A stretch of DNA of 64,000 nt. Origin: Methanomassiliicoccales archaeon. GTDB taxonomy: Archaea > Thermoplasmatota > Thermoplasmata > Methanomassiliicoccales > UBA472. Positions 1 to 9,936 of this stretch are shown here, one piece after another. Positions within the stretch are counted from its first letter, which is position 1, and each line of letters opens with the position of its first letter. A program made the position numbers and the translations under genes. Where the stretch lies: assembly GCA_035527755.1 (NCBI GenBank), contig DATKZX010000022.1:21863-85862 (forward strand), in the 5' to 3' direction. Under the pieces are notes generated by a model. It was not told the origin of the DNA. It was given only the letters and a program-made list of their open reading frames with translations, and made no database searches.

Positions 1-2
1 AG

Positions 3-137
3 GGAGTACGTTCCATCAAGATGTTCGAGATAGAGATGGACACCGACCACGAAACCGCCAAGAAGCAGTGCGAGCAGATGTGCCGGAAACTGCTGGCCAA
101 TCCGGTCATCCAAAAGTTCAAGATCGAACTTAGGTGA
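3..137 (+). CDS. purS: Phosphoribosylformylglycinamidine synthase subunit PurS (5'-partial)
   Basis: Manual translation ...EQMCRKLLANPVIQKFKIELR* has the PurS LLANPVI motif; directly upstream of purL. Confidence 0.9.
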   Translation, partial: GVRSIKMFEIEMDTDHETAKKQCEQMCRKLLANPVIQKFKIELR

Positions 138-143
138 AGGGAA

Positions 144-2456
144 ATGCCCCTCGAACACCTGTTCTTCAAGCGTGATGTGCCCTTCAGTCTATATGAGATA
201 GCCCTGGGAAAGGCCTCCGACGATGAACTGAAGGCCCTAAGCAATGAGATGGGGCTCTCGCTCAGCCTGGAGGAGATGCAGCGCATCAGGGATTACTTCG
301 TCAGACTGAAACGCCGACCGACGGACGTTGAAGTGGAGTCCATCGCCCAGGCGTGGAGCGAACATTGTTGCTACAAATCATCCAAAGTGTTCCTGCGGGA
401 GCACATCTTCGGGATCGACAACGACAGAGTACTGGCCAGGGGCGATGCCGGCGTCATGGTCTTCGACGATGAGTACGGCTATGCTCTGAGGATAGAGAGT
501 CACAACCATCCCTCGGCAATAGAACCTTACGGGGGTGCGGCCACCGGCATCGGCGGGATAGTGCGTGACGTGCTGTGCATGGGAGCCCAGCCGGTCGCGC
601 TCATCGATCCGCTGTTCTTCGGACCCATCGACCATAAGGGAGCGCTGCCGGCCGGTTCCAAGACACCCAAGTACCTGGTCTCCGGGGTCGTCGGTGGGAT
701 CAGGGATTATGGCAACCGCATCGGCATACCGACTGTATGCGGCGGTCTGTTCTTTGACGAATCATATCTGGGCAACTGCCTAGTGAACGTGGGCTGCGTT
801 GGCATCGTGAAGAGAGAGGACCTACGGGACAACGCCGTTGGCGGTGTCGGGGATCACCTCATCCTATGCGGCGGGCGCACCGGAAGGGACGGCATTCATG
901 GCGTGACCTTCGCCTCTGCTGAACTGAGCTCCGTCTCAGAGGACGAGAGCCGGGGCGCGGTGCAGTTGGGCGACCCTATCACCAAGGAACCGCTCATCCA
1001 TGCGTGTCTGGAAGTGAACTCCCAAGGCCTCATCAATGGCATGAAGGACCTGGGGGGCGGCGGTCTCTCCTGTGTCGTCGGAGAAATGGCCTTGTCCGGA
1101 GGATGTGGCGCCGAGGTGCAGCTGGACACCGTACCGTTGAAGGAGAGCGGATTGGCTCCTTGGGAGGTCTGGGTCTCCGAATCACAGGAAAGGATGATGC
1201 TTGCCGCTTCCGAGAAAAATGTGAAGCGGATACTGGACCTGTTCGCCATGTGGGATGTGGAAGCCACCGTCGTCGGAAAGGTCGTCCCGGGCAACGAGGT
1301 CACTCTGTTCTGGCAGGACTCGCAGATCTTCCAGGTCGATCTGGACTTCCTGACCAAGGGACCGGAGTATTGCCGGCCTTTCAAGGTCGATGTTCGCTCG
1401 TCCACCGTCAAGCACATCGTGCCAAAACTGCCTTCCATAGACCGCATCATAATCGACCTGCTCAGCGATCCTAACATCGCCAGCAAGGAGTGGGTGTTCC
1501 GGATGTACGATCACGAGGTCCGCGGCGGCACTGTCGTCAAACCGGCCACCGGGATCATGAACAAGAGCGGCCCCTCGGATGCTACCGTTATCAAACCACT
1601 GCCCGATCGAGAGAGGGGGCTGGCTCTGGCCGTAGGCGTCAATCCCTGGTTCTGCGGACTGGACGCCTACCGTGGCGGCATGGCCTCGGTCGACGAGGCA
1701 TGCCGCAACATCATTGCCGTTGGAGGATACCCGGATTCCCTGACGGATTGTCTGAACTTCGGCAACCCCGAGAAACCGGAAAGGCTGGGCGAGTTCAAAC
1801 AGGCCGTGACCGGGATCGGAAAGGTTGCTTCCTATCTGGACCTCCCGATCCCTTCCGGAAATGTCTCCTTATACAACGAGACGGCCCGCGGTTCCGTTCT
1901 GCCCACGCCGACCGTGCTCGGTCTGGGGATCATAGAGGACGTGCGCGAGTGCGTCACCACCGACCTGAAGAAAAAGGGCAATCTGCTCTATCAGGTCGGC
2001 GAGACCAAGGAGGAGTTCGGAGGTTCCGCCCTGTACCGCAGATACGGCGGTCAGGGGGGTGAGGTCCCGGACGTCTCCCCTGAAGTGCTGAAACGGTCCA
2101 TGGACCAGCTCCACGAATGCATGAAGAAAGGGTTGATCGCTTCCTGCCACGACATTTCGGACGGGGGAATGGCGGTCACGGTCGCCGAGATGTGCCTGGG
2201 AGGGGACATCGGAGCGGATATCCACATATACATGACAACGAAGGAGCTGTTCTCGGAGAGCAACACCCGTTGGGTGGTGGAGATCGAACCGTTCGAAGAG
2301 AAGGAGTTCCTGAAGATCATGACCGTACCGGTCAAGAAACTGGGAAAGGTCGGCGGAAGGGATCTGACGGTCTCCACGGAAACTGAGAAGTTCAGTATCT
2401 CCCTCGACGAGATGAGGAACGCCTGGAGCGGGACGCTCGGAAAGCTGATGGGGTGA
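144..2456 (+). CDS. purL: FGAM synthase subunit PurL
   Basis: WSEHCCYKSS, ESHNHPSAIEPYGGAATG, DLGGGG, LNFGNP motifs. Confidence 0.97.
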   Translation: MPLEHLFFKRDVPFSLYEIALGKASDDELKALSNEMGLSLSLEEMQRIRDYFVRLKRRPTDVEVESIAQAWSEHCCYKSSKVFLREHIFGIDNDRVLARGDAGVMVFDDEYGYALRIESHNHPSAIEPYGGAATGIGGIVRDVLCMGAQPVALIDPLFFGPIDHKGALPAGSKTPKYLVSGVVGGIRDYGNRIGIPTVCGGLFFDESYLGNCLVNVGCVGIVKREDLRDNAVGGVGDHLILCGGRTGRDGIHGVTFASAELSSVSEDESRGAVQLGDPITKEPLIHACLEVNSQGLINGMKDLGGGGLSCVVGEMALSGGCGAEVQLDTVPLKESGLAPWEVWVSESQERMMLAASEKNVKRILDLFAMWDVEATVVGKVVPGNEVTLFWQDSQIFQVDLDFLTKGPEYCRPFKVDVRSSTVKHIVPKLPSIDRIIIDLLSDPNIASKEWVFRMYDHEVRGGTVVKPATGIMNKSGPSDATVIKPLPDRERGLALAVGVNPWFCGLDAYRGGMASVDEACRNIIAVGGYPDSLTDCLNFGNPEKPERLGEFKQAVTGIGKVASYLDLPIPSGNVSLYNETARGSVLPTPTVLGLGIIEDVRECVTTDLKKKGNLLYQVGETKEEFGGSALYRRYGGQGGEVPDVSPEVLKRSMDQLHECMKKGLIASCHDISDGGMAVTVAEMCLGGDIGADIHIYMTTKELFSESNTRWVVEIEPFEEKEFLKIMTVPVKKLGKVGGRDLTVSTETEKFSISLDEMRNAWSGTLGKLMG

Positions 2457-2460
2457 ACAT

Positions 2461-3276
2461 ATGAAGGATGTCAAGGTCTGCGTGTTGAGAATAGAGGGCA
2501 CGAACTGTGAGGATGAGACCTTCCAGGCCTTCGCTTCGGTCGGTGCTAGCCCGGAAAGGGTGCACCTGAAGCAGCTATTGGGACAGTGCCCCTCGGACCT
2601 GGGAAGGGACCTGGGGAGCTACGACATACTAGCGCTTCCCGGTGGTTTCTCTGCCGGGGACTATGTTCGCGCCGGCGCCATCTTCGCCGCCCGCATGAAG
2701 AGCGGGTTGAAGAAGGAGCTGATATCGTTCGTGGATAATGGCAGACCGGTGATCGGCATCTGCAACGGCTTCCAGATACTGGTGGAACTGGGTTTGCTGC
2801 CGGCCATGGACGGCACTATGTCGGACGTTCCGGATGCGGCGCTTTACACCAACGACTCCGGTAGGTTCGAATGTAGGCCGACATTGCTCAAGCAGGAGAA
2901 GAGCGCCAAGAGCGTGTTCACCGCGGACATGCCGAAAGGCACCGTGGTCATGTACCCCTCTGCGCACGCTGAAGGCAAGCTCATGTTCCCCAAGGAAAAG
3001 GAGCAGAAGATGCTGGACCGTTTGTTGGAGAACGACCAGGTGATGTTCCGCTACGTCGACCCGGACGGGGAATATGCGGGATATCCGTGGTGCCCCAATG
3101 GATCGCTGCACAATATCGCCGGGATATGCAATCCGGCAGGTAACGTCCTAGGCATGATGCCGCACCCCGAACGTGTTCTTAGAAGGGAGACCCACCCTGA
3201 TTGGACCAGGGAAGAATGGAAGGAAGATGGTGACGGACTGTCCATGTTCCGTTCGGTCGTCCGCAGCGTGAAGTGA
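2461..3276 (+). CDS. purQ: FGAM synthase glutaminase subunit PurQ
   Basis: GTNCE, PGGFSAGD, GICNGFQ (catalytic Cys), MMPHPER. Confidence 0.97.
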   Translation: MKDVKVCVLRIEGTNCEDETFQAFASVGASPERVHLKQLLGQCPSDLGRDLGSYDILALPGGFSAGDYVRAGAIFAARMKSGLKKELISFVDNGRPVIGICNGFQILVELGLLPAMDGTMSDVPDAALYTNDSGRFECRPTLLKQEKSAKSVFTADMPKGTVVMYPSAHAEGKLMFPKEKEQKMLDRLLENDQVMFRYVDPDGEYAGYPWCPNGSLHNIAGICNPAGNVLGMMPHPERVLRRETHPDWTREEWKEDGDGLSMFRSVVRSVK

Positions 3277-3951
3277 TCAGAAGTTCAGGTGGATGCGAAC
3301 CTCTATCATGTTACCGTCATCCAGACTGAGCGTTCGTCGCAGATGGTACTTGCAGACCACCTCCAGCACGTCCTCGTAATGTGACCGCCGGGGAAGGACC
3401 ACCGCACACTCCACGTTCTGTATGCTGGCAGGAATGCAGTGCACGTCACCGAAGGTGCGACCGTTGCGTTCGAAGCCTTTGATGTCGATGGTCCTGCCGT
3501 TCCGCAAGGTCTCCAACTTATGGTGCTCCGTGGGCAGCAGCTTGACGTTGAGCGTCCCCTCGTAGGGTTTGAAGCCAAGTTTCTCCGTGAACTGCTCCAT
3601 GTATCCAGGCTGCGTCACGTAGTACTGCCCTTCGCCCATACCCTCGACGACGCTCCCCTTTATCACTACCTCGTCCTTCATTTCGAAGATCTTCTGGTAC
3701 TCGATATATTCCCTACGTAACATGTCCGCACCCTTCGTGGTTATGCGGATGCGCTGACGACGCGCTCCCAGGTCGCGCTCTATCAATTTATTGTCCAAAA
3801 GCTCCAGGATACGCTTGGAGGCGGACTGCTGGCTCATTTCCAGCATATCTCCCAGTTCCCGGGAGGACAGGGCGACGTAATCGTGTAACCCTCCCATTAG
3901 GGCGATGCGCCGGAGGGCGGTAACGAATTTCTCGTCGTTCTCGGGTTGCAA
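3277..3951 (-). CDS. ribK: CTP-dependent riboflavin kinase with N-terminal winged HTH (RbkR type)
   Basis: N-terminal HTH (SSRELGDMLEMSQQSASKRI) plus GMGEGQYY...PYEGTLN kinase motifs; TTG at 3951 follows GGAGTGGT (ORF track start 3960). Confidence 0.92.
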   Translation of the reverse strand: MQPENDEKFVTALRRIALMGGLHDYVALSSRELGDMLEMSQQSASKRILELLDNKLIERDLGARRQRIRITTKGADMLRREYIEYQKIFEMKDEVVIKGSVVEGMGEGQYYVTQPGYMEQFTEKLGFKPYEGTLNVKLLPTEHHKLETLRNGRTIDIKGFERNGRTFGDVHCIPASIQNVECAVVLPRRSHYEDVLEVVCKYHLRRTLSLDDGNMIEVRIHLNF

Positions 3952-4081
3952 TGTGACCACTCCGCTCTTTGCTACTAGGTAATCTGTAATAGATTACTAT
4001 CTTGGTTAACAGATATCGCCATTAAAAACTTACTAACATCATACGGTAGGTTTGATATCAAATGATTTCTTTTCTACCTTG

Positions 4082-4906
4082 ATGACGAAGGACCGACATG
4101 TCATGGAAGCTCTTGGCAAGACCAGAGTGGTCATTGAGGATGGCAAGGTGGTGGAGGTGGGTGAACCTCAGCTGGACTATTGCCCGCTCTTCTTCAAGCA
4201 CCGGGGGATCGAGAAGATCACCGCCGAGATCGTGCGGAACAATATCGAGTTCCGCATCAAGGACTTCGGCATGTGCGCTCCAGACCGTAAGATGCGCATG
4301 CGGGACTTCCTCAGCTTCGGGGTGTCCGAGCTCATGGGCATGTGCGTCTCCAAAGGTATTCTCGATTGCGCGGTGGTCGTATGTGATGGTGCCGGGACCG
4401 CGGTGGTCGACGACCCCGATCTTGTACAGGGAATAGGAGGACGGATCTCTGGACTGATGGAAACCACGCCCATCCTCACCATCATTGATGCCATTGGCAG
4501 AGATAGGGTGCTGGACCCGGAAACGGCGCGCATCGATCAGGTGGCCGGAGGACGTATGGCATGGGACATGGGCTATCGCAAGATAGGTGTGACCGTGGCC
4601 AGAGGTAATGATGCTGCCCTGCTGCGCAAGGAGCTTGGCGATCATGTCGTTCTTTTCGGAGTGCACACCAGTGGTCTGGACGAGAACGAGTCGAAAGTGC
4701 TGCTGGACAACTGCGACGTTGTCACAGCCTGCGCCTCCAAGCATTTATGGAGAATGGCCAAGGAGGAGGGGGCGATGCAGGTAGGGACCAAGGTCCCGGT
4801 CTTTGCCGTAACTCATGTGGGAAAGGACATCTGCGCAGTGCGCATAGAACAGATGGACCTCAAGAACAAGAGCGGTCCGGAAGATCCGCCACGACCGTTG
4901 ATCTGA
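4082..4906 (+). CDS. Methanogenesis marker protein 8 (DUF2099 family)
   Basis: HVMEALGKTRV, YCPLF, FRIKDFGM, CDGAGT, VQGIGGRISGL motifs. Confidence 0.85.
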   Translation: MTKDRHVMEALGKTRVVIEDGKVVEVGEPQLDYCPLFFKHRGIEKITAEIVRNNIEFRIKDFGMCAPDRKMRMRDFLSFGVSELMGMCVSKGILDCAVVVCDGAGTAVVDDPDLVQGIGGRISGLMETTPILTIIDAIGRDRVLDPETARIDQVAGGRMAWDMGYRKIGVTVARGNDAALLRKELGDHVVLFGVHTSGLDENESKVLLDNCDVVTACASKHLWRMAKEEGAMQVGTKVPVFAVTHVGKDICAVRIEQMDLKNKSGPEDPPRPLI

Positions 4907-5260
4907 TCATTCCTCGATGGTCAGGCGCTTGCGCGAGCGCAGAAAAATTGCGCGCACCCCTTCCTGCCTCAATTTCCGCCGTAGGATGAAGTCGTTGGTC
5001 ACCACCATGGCGTTCAAGGCCTTGGCGACCTCCACCACTCCTTCGTCGCCTTGGGTCGACGTTTCATAACGTATGTATTTGCCGGCCAGCATCAATGCGG
5101 CCTTGGCGTGCTTGCTGCCGGACCGTTTCAGTTCGCCTATGACTGGCCCTGGAACGTAGGCTTCGAACTCTCCGAAAAGATTGATCAGTTCCAGGTCCAA
5201 GTTCATCTTGAACTCGAACGGCATAAGGAGCGCGTTGGTGTCTAGGACCACCTTCTGCAT
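4907..5260 (-). CDS. PIN-domain protein (Fcf1/Utp24-like)
   Basis: VVLDTNAL...VVTND motifs; usual position downstream of eif2g. Confidence 0.85.
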   Translation of the reverse strand: MQKVVLDTNALLMPFEFKMNLDLELINLFGEFEAYVPGPVIGELKRSGSKHAKAALMLAGKYIRYETSTQGDEGVVEVAKALNAMVVTNDFILRRKLRQEGVRAIFLRSRKRLTIEE

Positions 5261-5266
5261 GAAGCC

Positions 5267-6499
5267 TCACTCAATGATACCGTAGCCGATAAGACGCCAC
5301 TTGTTGGCGATCTTGCGAGAAATAGCCACCCTCTGCCCCAGCTCGGCGCAGACCGGTATCTTCAAAGCGACCTCTGATTGATCACCGCGAGCGCTGGTGA
5401 CCAGACCGACCGTGGTCGCCGTTCCGATGCTTAGCATCAACGGTTCGTTGGTCTTGATGTTCTCCACGATCATATCGTCGGCGGTGCCGACCACCCTCTC
5501 CAAAAGATGGGTGCTCATATTGAACTTGAAATGTACCGGAGGCAGCGTGCCGGGCCTGCCGACGACGCGACCAGTGAGACCGTCGGACTTGGTCATCGAC
5601 GGATCGAGCTTGGTGCCGATGGCGATAAGACCGCCGGGCTTGATCTTGTTGATCGGAGCACCGCCAGTGTGCAGCGACTCTATGGTGGTCGTGATGGTCT
5701 CCCAGCTGAACTTACCACCGGGCAGCTCCACTTTTCTACCAGGGGAGATCTCTATCTCATCGCCAACGGCGATCTTTCCTTGCATGAGCGTCCCGCCAAG
5801 CACTCCACCGTGCAATTCATCGATGGACATTCCCGGCTGGTTGATATCGAAGGAACGGGCCACGAACATCTTGGCCGTTTTCTTTTCCTCCTGCTTTGGA
5901 GTGGGAATATGTTTCTGGATTGCCTGGATCAGCTTGTCGATGTTGACATCGTGGTGTGCCGATACGGGAATGATCGGCGCGTCCTCGGCGATGGTGCCCT
6001 TGACGAACTTCTTGATCTGATTATAGTTCTCCAGGGCCTCTTCCTTGGTCACGATATCGATCTTGTTCTGAACGATGATGATATTTTCGACCCCGATAAT
6101 GGTCAGGGCCATCAGGTGCTCTTTGGTCTGGGGTTGAGGACATTCCTCATTGGCCGCCACCAAAAGCAGGGCACCGTTCATCATGGCCGCACCAGATAGC
6201 ATAGTGGCCATCAGGGTTTCGTGTCCGGGGGCGTCCACGAAGGACACTGACCGCACGTATTCAGCCTCGCCGCCGCAGACCTTGCACACATTGTCGTTGG
6301 AGAAGGTCTCCTCGGCGCAATCCTTACATTTATAGAAAGCTACGTCCGCATAACCCAGCCTGATGGAGATACCCCTCTTGATCTCCTCGGAGTGTCGATC
6401 GGTCCAGTCACCGGAAAGCGCCTTGGTCAGCGTGGTCTTGCCGTGGTCCACGTGACCTATCATTCCGATGTTGACCTCAGGCTGGTGGGACACCTTCAT
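5267..6499 (-). CDS. eif2g: Translation initiation factor 2 subunit gamma
   Basis: [26 protein letters not shown], zinc knuckle, DAPGHE, C-terminal WRLIGYG. Confidence 0.98.
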   Translation of the reverse strand: MKVSHQPEVNIGMIGHVDHGKTTLTKALSGDWTDRHSEEIKRGISIRLGYADVAFYKCKDCAEETFSNDNVCKVCGGEAEYVRSVSFVDAPGHETLMATMLSGAAMMNGALLLVAANEECPQPQTKEHLMALTIIGVENIIIVQNKIDIVTKEEALENYNQIKKFVKGTIAEDAPIIPVSAHHDVNIDKLIQAIQKHIPTPKQEEKKTAKMFVARSFDINQPGMSIDELHGGVLGGTLMQGKIAVGDEIEISPGRKVELPGGKFSWETITTTIESLHTGGAPINKIKPGGLIAIGTKLDPSMTKSDGLTGRVVGRPGTLPPVHFKFNMSTHLLERVVGTADDMIVENIKTNEPLMLSIGTATTVGLVTSARGDQSEVALKIPVCAELGQRVAISRKIANKWRLIGYGIIE

Positions 6500-6894
6500 T
6501 TTTTCTTCTCCTCTTTCTTAACGATCAGCTCTTCGACCTGTTTGGTCCCTTGAGAGACGATCTTCATGTTTATCTGGACAGTGTCTGTGGCCACGGTGTT
6601 CCCGCGCACGGACTTTCTCCTCCTCAGACCACCTTCGGTGGTGTAGAATCCAGTGCTGATGGTCAGCAACAGTTTCTTCCTCCGCGGTCCAGGAAGGTCC
6701 TTTCTCATGGCGAAACCGTCCTTATCGCTCCCACCAGTGATCGCTAGCTTGTACCCGGGCAGCCCGACGAATATTCCATCTATGGTGTCGCCTATCTTCT
6801 TCCCTATCAGGGAATTGGCGTGATGTCCCGACACTGGGACATTGTAAGACATGCCGGTCTTTATATCATTAACAACGGCCTTGAATTCAACCAT
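6496..6894 (-). CDS. rps6e: 30S ribosomal protein S6e
   Basis: [29 protein letters not shown] motifs. Confidence 0.96.
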   Translation of the reverse strand: MVEFKAVVNDIKTGMSYNVPVSGHHANSLIGKKIGDTIDGIFVGLPGYKLAITGGSDKDGFAMRKDLPGPRRKKLLLTISTGFYTTEGGLRRRKSVRGNTVATDTVQINMKIVSQGTKQVEELIVKKEEKKK

Positions 6895-6952
6895 TCCAAA
6901 CACCTTTTGAGCGCTATGAGTATTCCGCCCTAACGTAGTTTTACTTAAATAA

Positions 6953-8185
6953 TTATTGGTCGCCCCGAGGCGTATGGAGCGTATTTTTACAGCGTCTCGC
7001 CTTAATAGCTCTCCCGCTGCCTTTGGCCATGGCCTGGAAGGCTTTTAAGGGTTCCGCGTCCAGGGACGACGCCGTCTGCATCATATCGTCCGGGCCGATC
7101 AGCTCGTTCATGACCGCTCCCGAAAGCAGTGGACGCATTTTGGGGTCAAAGACGTTCGAGGACCAAAGCTCCACCAGCGTGTCCCTGAGGACGGCGCCCA
7201 TGACCAGCTGGTCGCCCATTGCGTCCACGAGATCCTCCTCGTAATTCTGTTGCTCCCCCTGGGCCATAAGCGCGGCGTGTTTGCCTGCCAGTCCGCCACA
7301 TATGTACGATGGCATTATGCCCTCGCCCACGAATGCCAGCGTCTGTCCGGCCGAATCCCCGCAGAAGAGCACGTTGCCTTTAACCGGACCGCCCAAGAAA
7401 CCGGGCACAGGGGCGTCGCCCATCTTCACTTCCAAAACCTTCTCCACGTCGAAGTACTGGGAGACCACTGGATGACCGTTTATCCAATCCTCCAGGAAGG
7501 AGCGGCGGGAGGCGTTCACGCCTACGAGGCCCAGTCCGACGTTGGCCCTCCTCCTTCCCTTGGGAATGATCCAGCCATAACCTAGGCCGATCTCCTCCTC
7601 GATGAATATCTGCATGCATCCGGGGAGGTCCTTCTTTGCCACCAGTTCGAACTCCACGCCTCGCGCCACGTCCTGCGGGGAGAAGAACTCCGCCCCCATG
7701 ACCTTGGCCAGTGTAGAGTGCACCCCGTCCGCGGCCACCACCACCTTCGGCTCGACCTCTATCTCCTCTCCGTGATGGCTCAGCAGGCAGCTGGTGATCG
7801 CCCCGTCCCGCATCTTGGCCGACAGAAGTTTGGTGTCCGCCTGGACCGCCGTGCCGGCTAGGGCCGCTCTCAACGCCAAATGTTTGTCGAACAGCTTCCG
7901 TTCGACCGTCACGCTGCGCCAGTACGGTTCGGCATTGTCAACGATGATCTCTCGTCCCAGCACGAAGCGGGTGAAGGACTGCCGGGCGCAGATGGTCTGG
8001 GGAGGGATGCGTAATCCTGATCGCTTTACCAGTTCCAGCCCGATCACCTCTCCGCACTGCACCGGTGTGCCTATCTCCTTCTTCTTGTCGACCATCAAGG
8101 TCTTCGCCCCGGTCAAAGCGGACGTCCTGGCCGCGCCGCTGCCTGCCGGTCCTGCCCCCACCACTAACACATCACAGTCCATCAT
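6953..8185 (-). CDS. Geranylgeranyl reductase family FAD oxidoreductase
   Basis: DVLVVGAGPAG, PVQCGE, ADGVHS, GYGWIIPKG, GDSAG...GEGI motifs. Confidence 0.88.
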   Translation of the reverse strand: MMDCDVLVVGAGPAGSGAARTSALTGAKTLMVDKKKEIGTPVQCGEVIGLELVKRSGLRIPPQTICARQSFTRFVLGREIIVDNAEPYWRSVTVERKLFDKHLALRAALAGTAVQADTKLLSAKMRDGAITSCLLSHHGEEIEVEPKVVVAADGVHSTLAKVMGAEFFSPQDVARGVEFELVAKKDLPGCMQIFIEEEIGLGYGWIIPKGRRRANVGLGLVGVNASRRSFLEDWINGHPVVSQYFDVEKVLEVKMGDAPVPGFLGGPVKGNVLFCGDSAGQTLAFVGEGIMPSYICGGLAGKHAALMAQGEQQNYEEDLVDAMGDQLVMGAVLRDTLVELWSSNVFDPKMRPLLSGAVMNELIGPDDMMQTASSLDAEPLKAFQAMAKGSGRAIKARRCKNTLHTPRGDQ

Positions 8186-8186
8186 C

Positions 8187-9236
8187 TCACCATCCCCATT
8201 TCGCTGCCAGATCGTATGCCCGGTACAATCTTCTGCTCTCCCGGTCCGAGACCGCGGCCCGTAGGGCCGCTGCCCGGCCGTAGCCCTTCACGAACGGTCG
8301 CACCGAACGACGTAAAGCGGCGTTGTCCATCCCCCGCAACGCGTTGAAGGCGTCGACGTAGAGCGGGGAAGCGTAAGGCGAACGGGGCCAATCGTGGGCA
8401 TAACCGGAAAGGCTCCCTTCGACCAATGATCTGGCCATGGTCATGGCCGCGCTCATGCCGATGCCTATGCCTCCGAAGGTAATAGGGTTTGCCTGCCCTC
8501 CGGCATCCCCCACCAGGCAGGCGTTACCTTTGACCACCTCCCGATAATCGTAGGGGATGGCCCGCACATGCCTTTCCAATGCCGATGGGCGGGGCTCCGT
8601 CCCCCGGGTGAACCCCACCCTGCTCCCCCATGGATGAGGGAACACCCAGCGGTATCCCCCCCGATATCTTTCATCGTAATGGAAGTGCATGGTGTCGTTC
8701 TCGGTCTTCGTTTCCAGGACGTACTGTTCCGCCCAGAGCAGGCGCGGACCTCCGGCGAAGAAGGTCCTGCGGACCAGGGAGTTCCATCCGTCCGCACCCA
8801 CCAACCATTTGCACCGATGCTCATTTCCCTCTCGGGTCCGGACCAGGTATCCATTTCCCACTTTGGTGACGTTCACCGCCGTACCCTTTTCCAGGTGGCA
8901 GCCCTCCTTTGCCGCCCGTTCCCGCAACCTGCGTAGGAAGGCCGGCCTGTCCAGAATATAGCCTTGGGTTTCGGTCTCGATGGTTATGTCCCCGGGCCAA
9001 TGCTCCACCGCCCTCTTTATTTTGAAAGTGACCGCCTCCGGCATCAATGGGCTCAGTCTCTCGAAGGCCTTCTCGCTCATGGCCTCCCCGCACATGTGAT
9101 GGTAACGGTCGTAACGCTCTTCCAGCTTCTCCAGGGACAGTACGTCCAGCTTTCCTTCGCTTAGATAAGATAGGAAGAAGGCCGCCGCGGCACCGGCAGG
9201 ACCGGCGCCGACCACCAGCACATCATGGTTTTCGAT
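8187..9236 (-). CDS. Second geranylgeranyl reductase-like FAD oxidoreductase
   Basis: VVGAGPAG, CGEA, GADGWNS, GGYRWVFP, GDAGGQANPITFGGI; start is GTG 9221 or possibly ATC 9236. Confidence 0.82.
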   Translation of the reverse strand: MENHDVLVVGAGPAGAAAAFFLSYLSEGKLDVLSLEKLEERYDRYHHMCGEAMSEKAFERLSPLMPEAVTFKIKRAVEHWPGDITIETETQGYILDRPAFLRRLRERAAKEGCHLEKGTAVNVTKVGNGYLVRTREGNEHRCKWLVGADGWNSLVRRTFFAGGPRLLWAEQYVLETKTENDTMHFHYDERYRGGYRWVFPHPWGSRVGFTRGTEPRPSALERHVRAIPYDYREVVKGNACLVGDAGGQANPITFGGIGIGMSAAMTMARSLVEGSLSGYAHDWPRSPYASPLYVDAFNALRGMDNAALRRSVRPFVKGYGRAAALRAAVSDRESRRLYRAYDLAAKWGW

Positions 9237-9885
9237 GTCCGATCCCTCCGGAAAGACTGATCTGCTCCACGAACGAATAACCGGTGTCGAAGCCCAGGAA
9301 CGCTATGAAATAAAGGTAGGTCGGTAGGATCGATACAACGCACAACATGAGCACGGCCACCTTGAGGATCGGGCGTTCCCGCAGAAATATGGATAGCACA
9401 CCGGGCTTCATACGGTCCCCGTGGTCGCTGAGCACCTCATCGGCGAAGGCCGCCATCATCACCATTATGGCCCCGACCCCGTGGAAGGGGTTGCCACTCA
9501 CCACCGCCAGTATGGAAAACCCCCCGGCGACCACGAAGCCCAACCGGAAGGCCAGGTTATCGTATTTGGAGGCGATGAGCAACGCCAGTAATAGCCCGAT
9601 GAAAATGGTCGCCGATCCCTCGTCGAGGAAGATCAATGCCCCCATGAGCATTCCGACAGGGATCGAGAGCAGAGTGGCCTTCCGCTTGCTCCCAATGTTC
9701 AGGTCGAACACCTGGTCACCATACTTGATGGCCATGCCCAAGGTGACGAAGGCAAAAGGTATCAGCAGATGTTGGTGCAGGGGCACCTCCCGGCTGAACC
9801 ATGTGTAGGACCATGCGATCGCTATCAGCAAGATGGTCAAGATGAAATACCATTTGGCTCGATCGTTCCAGCCCCTACTTTTCAT
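9223..9885 (-). CDS. Uncharacterised multi-pass membrane protein with Asp-containing motifs
   Basis: About 7 hydrophobic segments; KYGDQVFD, SKYDN, ADEVLSD; RBS GGAGGGT before ATG 9885. Confidence 0.75.
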   Translation of the reverse strand: MKSRGWNDRAKWYFILTILLIAIAWSYTWFSREVPLHQHLLIPFAFVTLGMAIKYGDQVFDLNIGSKRKATLLSIPVGMLMGALIFLDEGSATIFIGLLLALLIASKYDNLAFRLGFVVAGGFSILAVVSGNPFHGVGAIMVMMAAFADEVLSDHGDRMKPGVLSIFLRERPILKVAVLMLCVVSILPTYLYFIAFLGFDTGYSFVEQISLSGGIGHRKP

Positions 9886-9936
9886 ATCCCGACCCTCCCA
9901 CAAAAACGGATGGATGCTATAATACCGTTTGCTGCC

